From NCBI GenBank assembly GCA_964016885.1, contig OZ024741.1, positions 397,544,001 to 397,608,000 on the forward strand: DNA of 64,000 nt, given 5' to 3'. Each line of letters begins with the position of its first letter. Within the stretch, counting starts at the first letter, position 1. This stretch comes from Eledone cirrhosa (lineage: Eukaryota). The position numbers and the translations under genes are program-made. Positions 61,839 to 64,000 of the stretch are shown piece by piece. The notes beneath the pieces are model-generated. The model did no database searches, was not told where the DNA came from, and worked only from the letters and a program-made list of their open reading frames with translations.

Positions 61839-61970
61839 TAGAAAACCTGCCAGATAGTCCTATACGAGTGAGACACGGTCACCCGACCAATCTTGCCTCA
61901 AGTGGGACAATCCCGTCTAACCCATGCTAGCGTGGAAGATAGACATTAAACAACGATGATGATGATGGTG
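61839..61970 (+). mobile_element. RTE 3'-end fragment with (GAT)n tail
   Basis: TAGAAAACCTGCCAGA..CCAATCTTGCCTCAAGTGGGA..CCCATGC matches 60975-61109. Confidence 0.85.
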
Positions 61971-62421
61971 ACTATGTGTTTTGTCTTGTCTCTTACTCCA
62001 CTGGACACCGTTTTGGCTTGTGTCAGACACTGTGACCTCGAATGGACCAGCAGTACCGTTGGTAGGGGTCGCAACTGCAAAAAGTCCATCTCAACAGCCA
62101 TTGACCATGGAGTTCTCTGTCTTTCATCTGTATTTTTATTTTTTAAAAGTAGTTTTTTAAACCGGAAATTTATAATAAATTGAAATGAAAACCAACAGGT
62201 GCGTGTGTTTCTTATTGGCAGCATGACCCTTCCAAAGCATAACAATGTCTGTTTCAACACACGTTTTCATATAAGAAATCTTGCAAAACAAATTCGGAAA
62301 CAAAATTTTTTAAGGTTTCCCCTTTAAAAGATTGTTTTTCGTTTTGCCTTGTTTTTGTTCGTTGTCTTATCCTCTCGTGGTTGATTTTCCTAAGTTTATA
62401 TATATATATATATATATATAC

Positions 62422-62524
62422 AGGAAAAAGTATGACCCCGACGGCAGAGCTCAAGCCATTTCGACGGCTATTTCTGGACGTCGAAACGGCTTGAGCTGTG
62501 CCATCGGGGTCATACTTTTTTCCT
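62422..62524. repeat. 103-bp hairpin (about 45-bp arms)
   Basis: AGGAAAAAGTATGACCCCGA..TTTCGACG / CGTCGAAA..TCGGGGTCATACTTTTTTCCT. Confidence 0.9.
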
Positions 62525-62625
62525 ATTTCCCACTCTACTACCCTAATTATTGAGTACTCTGGTGCGTTATGGTCCATCTGGTTCCTTACCACATTTCCTT
62601 TGTTATATATATATATACATATATA

Positions 62626-62791
62626 TCCAGGTGAAACTTGAACCGTTAAGGTCTCATTCCTGGATATGTCAATATTTATAAAACAAACTTTGTATTTTAT
62701 CTGATGAGAGCGTACCAAAGTTTTGGTGGCCTTGAAATATATATAATAGAATAAATATGGTTTTATAAATATAGTTTCCATTTATTAATAT
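62626..62791 (+). mobile_element. Solo Penelope pLTR 3' fragment related to 13926-14094
   Basis: AATAAATATGGTTTTATAAATATAGTTTCCATTTATTAATAT is nearly identical to 14047-14090. Confidence 0.8.
62693..62753 (+). ncRNA. Type I hammerhead ribozyme
   Basis: TATTTTAT-CTGATGA-GAG..TACCAAA/TTTGGTG..CTT-GAAA-TATATA-TA-ATAGAATA; 8-bp stem I. Confidence 0.85.
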
Positions 62792-62802
62792 CATTGATTT
62801 AT

Positions 62803-64000
62803 ATCATCATCATCATCATCATCAACGTTTAACGTCCGTGTTCCATGCTTGCATGGGTTTGGGGGTTTTCCCACTTGAGGCAAGAGTGATTGTCTTGCTC
62901 GCATAGGACTGTCTGGCAGGTTTTCTACAGTTGGATGCCCTTCCTAACACCAACCACATTTACAGTGTGGGTCTGGGAGGTTTTTACCGTGTTGCCTACA
63001 CGGCCACATTACAGCGTGGACTGTGTGTTTTTTTGTCGTGACACCTACACGATCTCATTTGTTTCGGCCTGGATGGTGTGGCACCAACATAACTTTACAT
63101 AGAACGGGGTGGTGTGGGGGGGGGGGGGGGGGGGTATTTTGTTAGAGATGCCTACTGACTGTAGTAGGTTTTACTTTGTATTTAGGTAAGGCGGGTCTTC
63201 TCTATTACTGAGTACCGCCAAAGGTCTCGGTCCAGTGACATTGTCTTGGTGAGGTGTAAGTGTGTGAGGTCGGAGTTTATCAGCTCGTCCCAGGTTTTTC
63301 TGGGTCTGCCTATTCCGTGGCTACCGTCTATCTTTATTGCCCTGCACTTTGTTATACAGCTATCGTCCTTCATGCGCATCACGTGACCATACCAACGTAG
63401 CCTTCTCTCTAGTAAACAACATCTGATCCCTCTTATTTCTAATTTTTTCCTTAGTTCGTTTATGCTTTGTCGTTCACGTATATTACTATTACACATCCAG
63501 CGGAGCATGCAAGCTTCGTTTCTCTCTAGTCTGCGTATATCCTCTGCACACAATGCCCAGGTCTCACTGCCATGCAACATTGCTGTTCGTATGCAGGCAT
63601 CGTACAACCTGCCTTTCATTTTTAGGGAGAACCCTTTAGCGGCTAATAGTGGTATAAGCTCTCTGAACTTTTTCCACCCAGTTCTGACTCTAGCTACTGT
63701 ACTTTCAGAGCACCCTCCCCCACTGCTGATTTTGTCACCCAGGTAACAGAAGCTGTCCACTATTTCTATAGAACCCTCTGCGCAGTTGAAAGAGCTAGTA
63801 TTTTGTGGGCACTTGCTGCTACTTATTGCCCCAGAACACCGGCCACATGTAAAATCTACGTTCTTAGTTAGCTTACCTGTGATCCCACTACATCTTTTAT
63901 GCACCCAAACTTTGCATTTGGGACACAAAATGGAATTTCTACCTACGCCTTTCCTACACTCTGCGCATGGCCACTTCCCGGAGGGGACCGCCGCCTTATT
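62803..64000 (-). mobile_element. RTE LINE 3' part (continues beyond window), open frame to stop at 63182, (GAT)n tail
   Basis: PHD-like insert, FCYLG, MLHGSETW, RRLRWYGHVMRM, GRPRKTW. Confidence 0.95.

Noticed and set aside
46315-64000. PLK exon 2 (expected to start GGFA..)
   Set aside because: Not found by eye in the unique segments; presumably beyond the window

Overview
Repeat-saturated animal genomic DNA; the SINE/RTE families and microsatellite load look octopus/cephalopod-like (inference). The only host coding sequence I can support is the first coding exon of a Polo-like kinase (46081-46314, +), whose first intron runs past the window end and is filled with satellites and retroelements. 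The rest is kb-scale (TA)n and (CATA)n arrays, a 200-N gap, RTE LINEs with a PHD-like finger inside the RT, a CR1-group LINE, two R4/Dong-type (RLE) LINE families nested in (CATA)n, five copies of a ~600-bp RTE-derived non-autonomous element, tRNA-derived SINEs, TTAA MITEs and two Penelope-like elements. The most notable signal is about a dozen type I hammerhead ribozyme (HHR) motifs, most with a family-specific palindromic helix III. They lie in Penelope pseudo-LTRs, in tiny snap-back elements, and in two ORF-less ~520-550-bp tandem or terminally redundant units that resemble non-LTR retrozymes (candidate circular RNAs). All folds were read by eye, not computed, and boundaries are approximate to a few bases.
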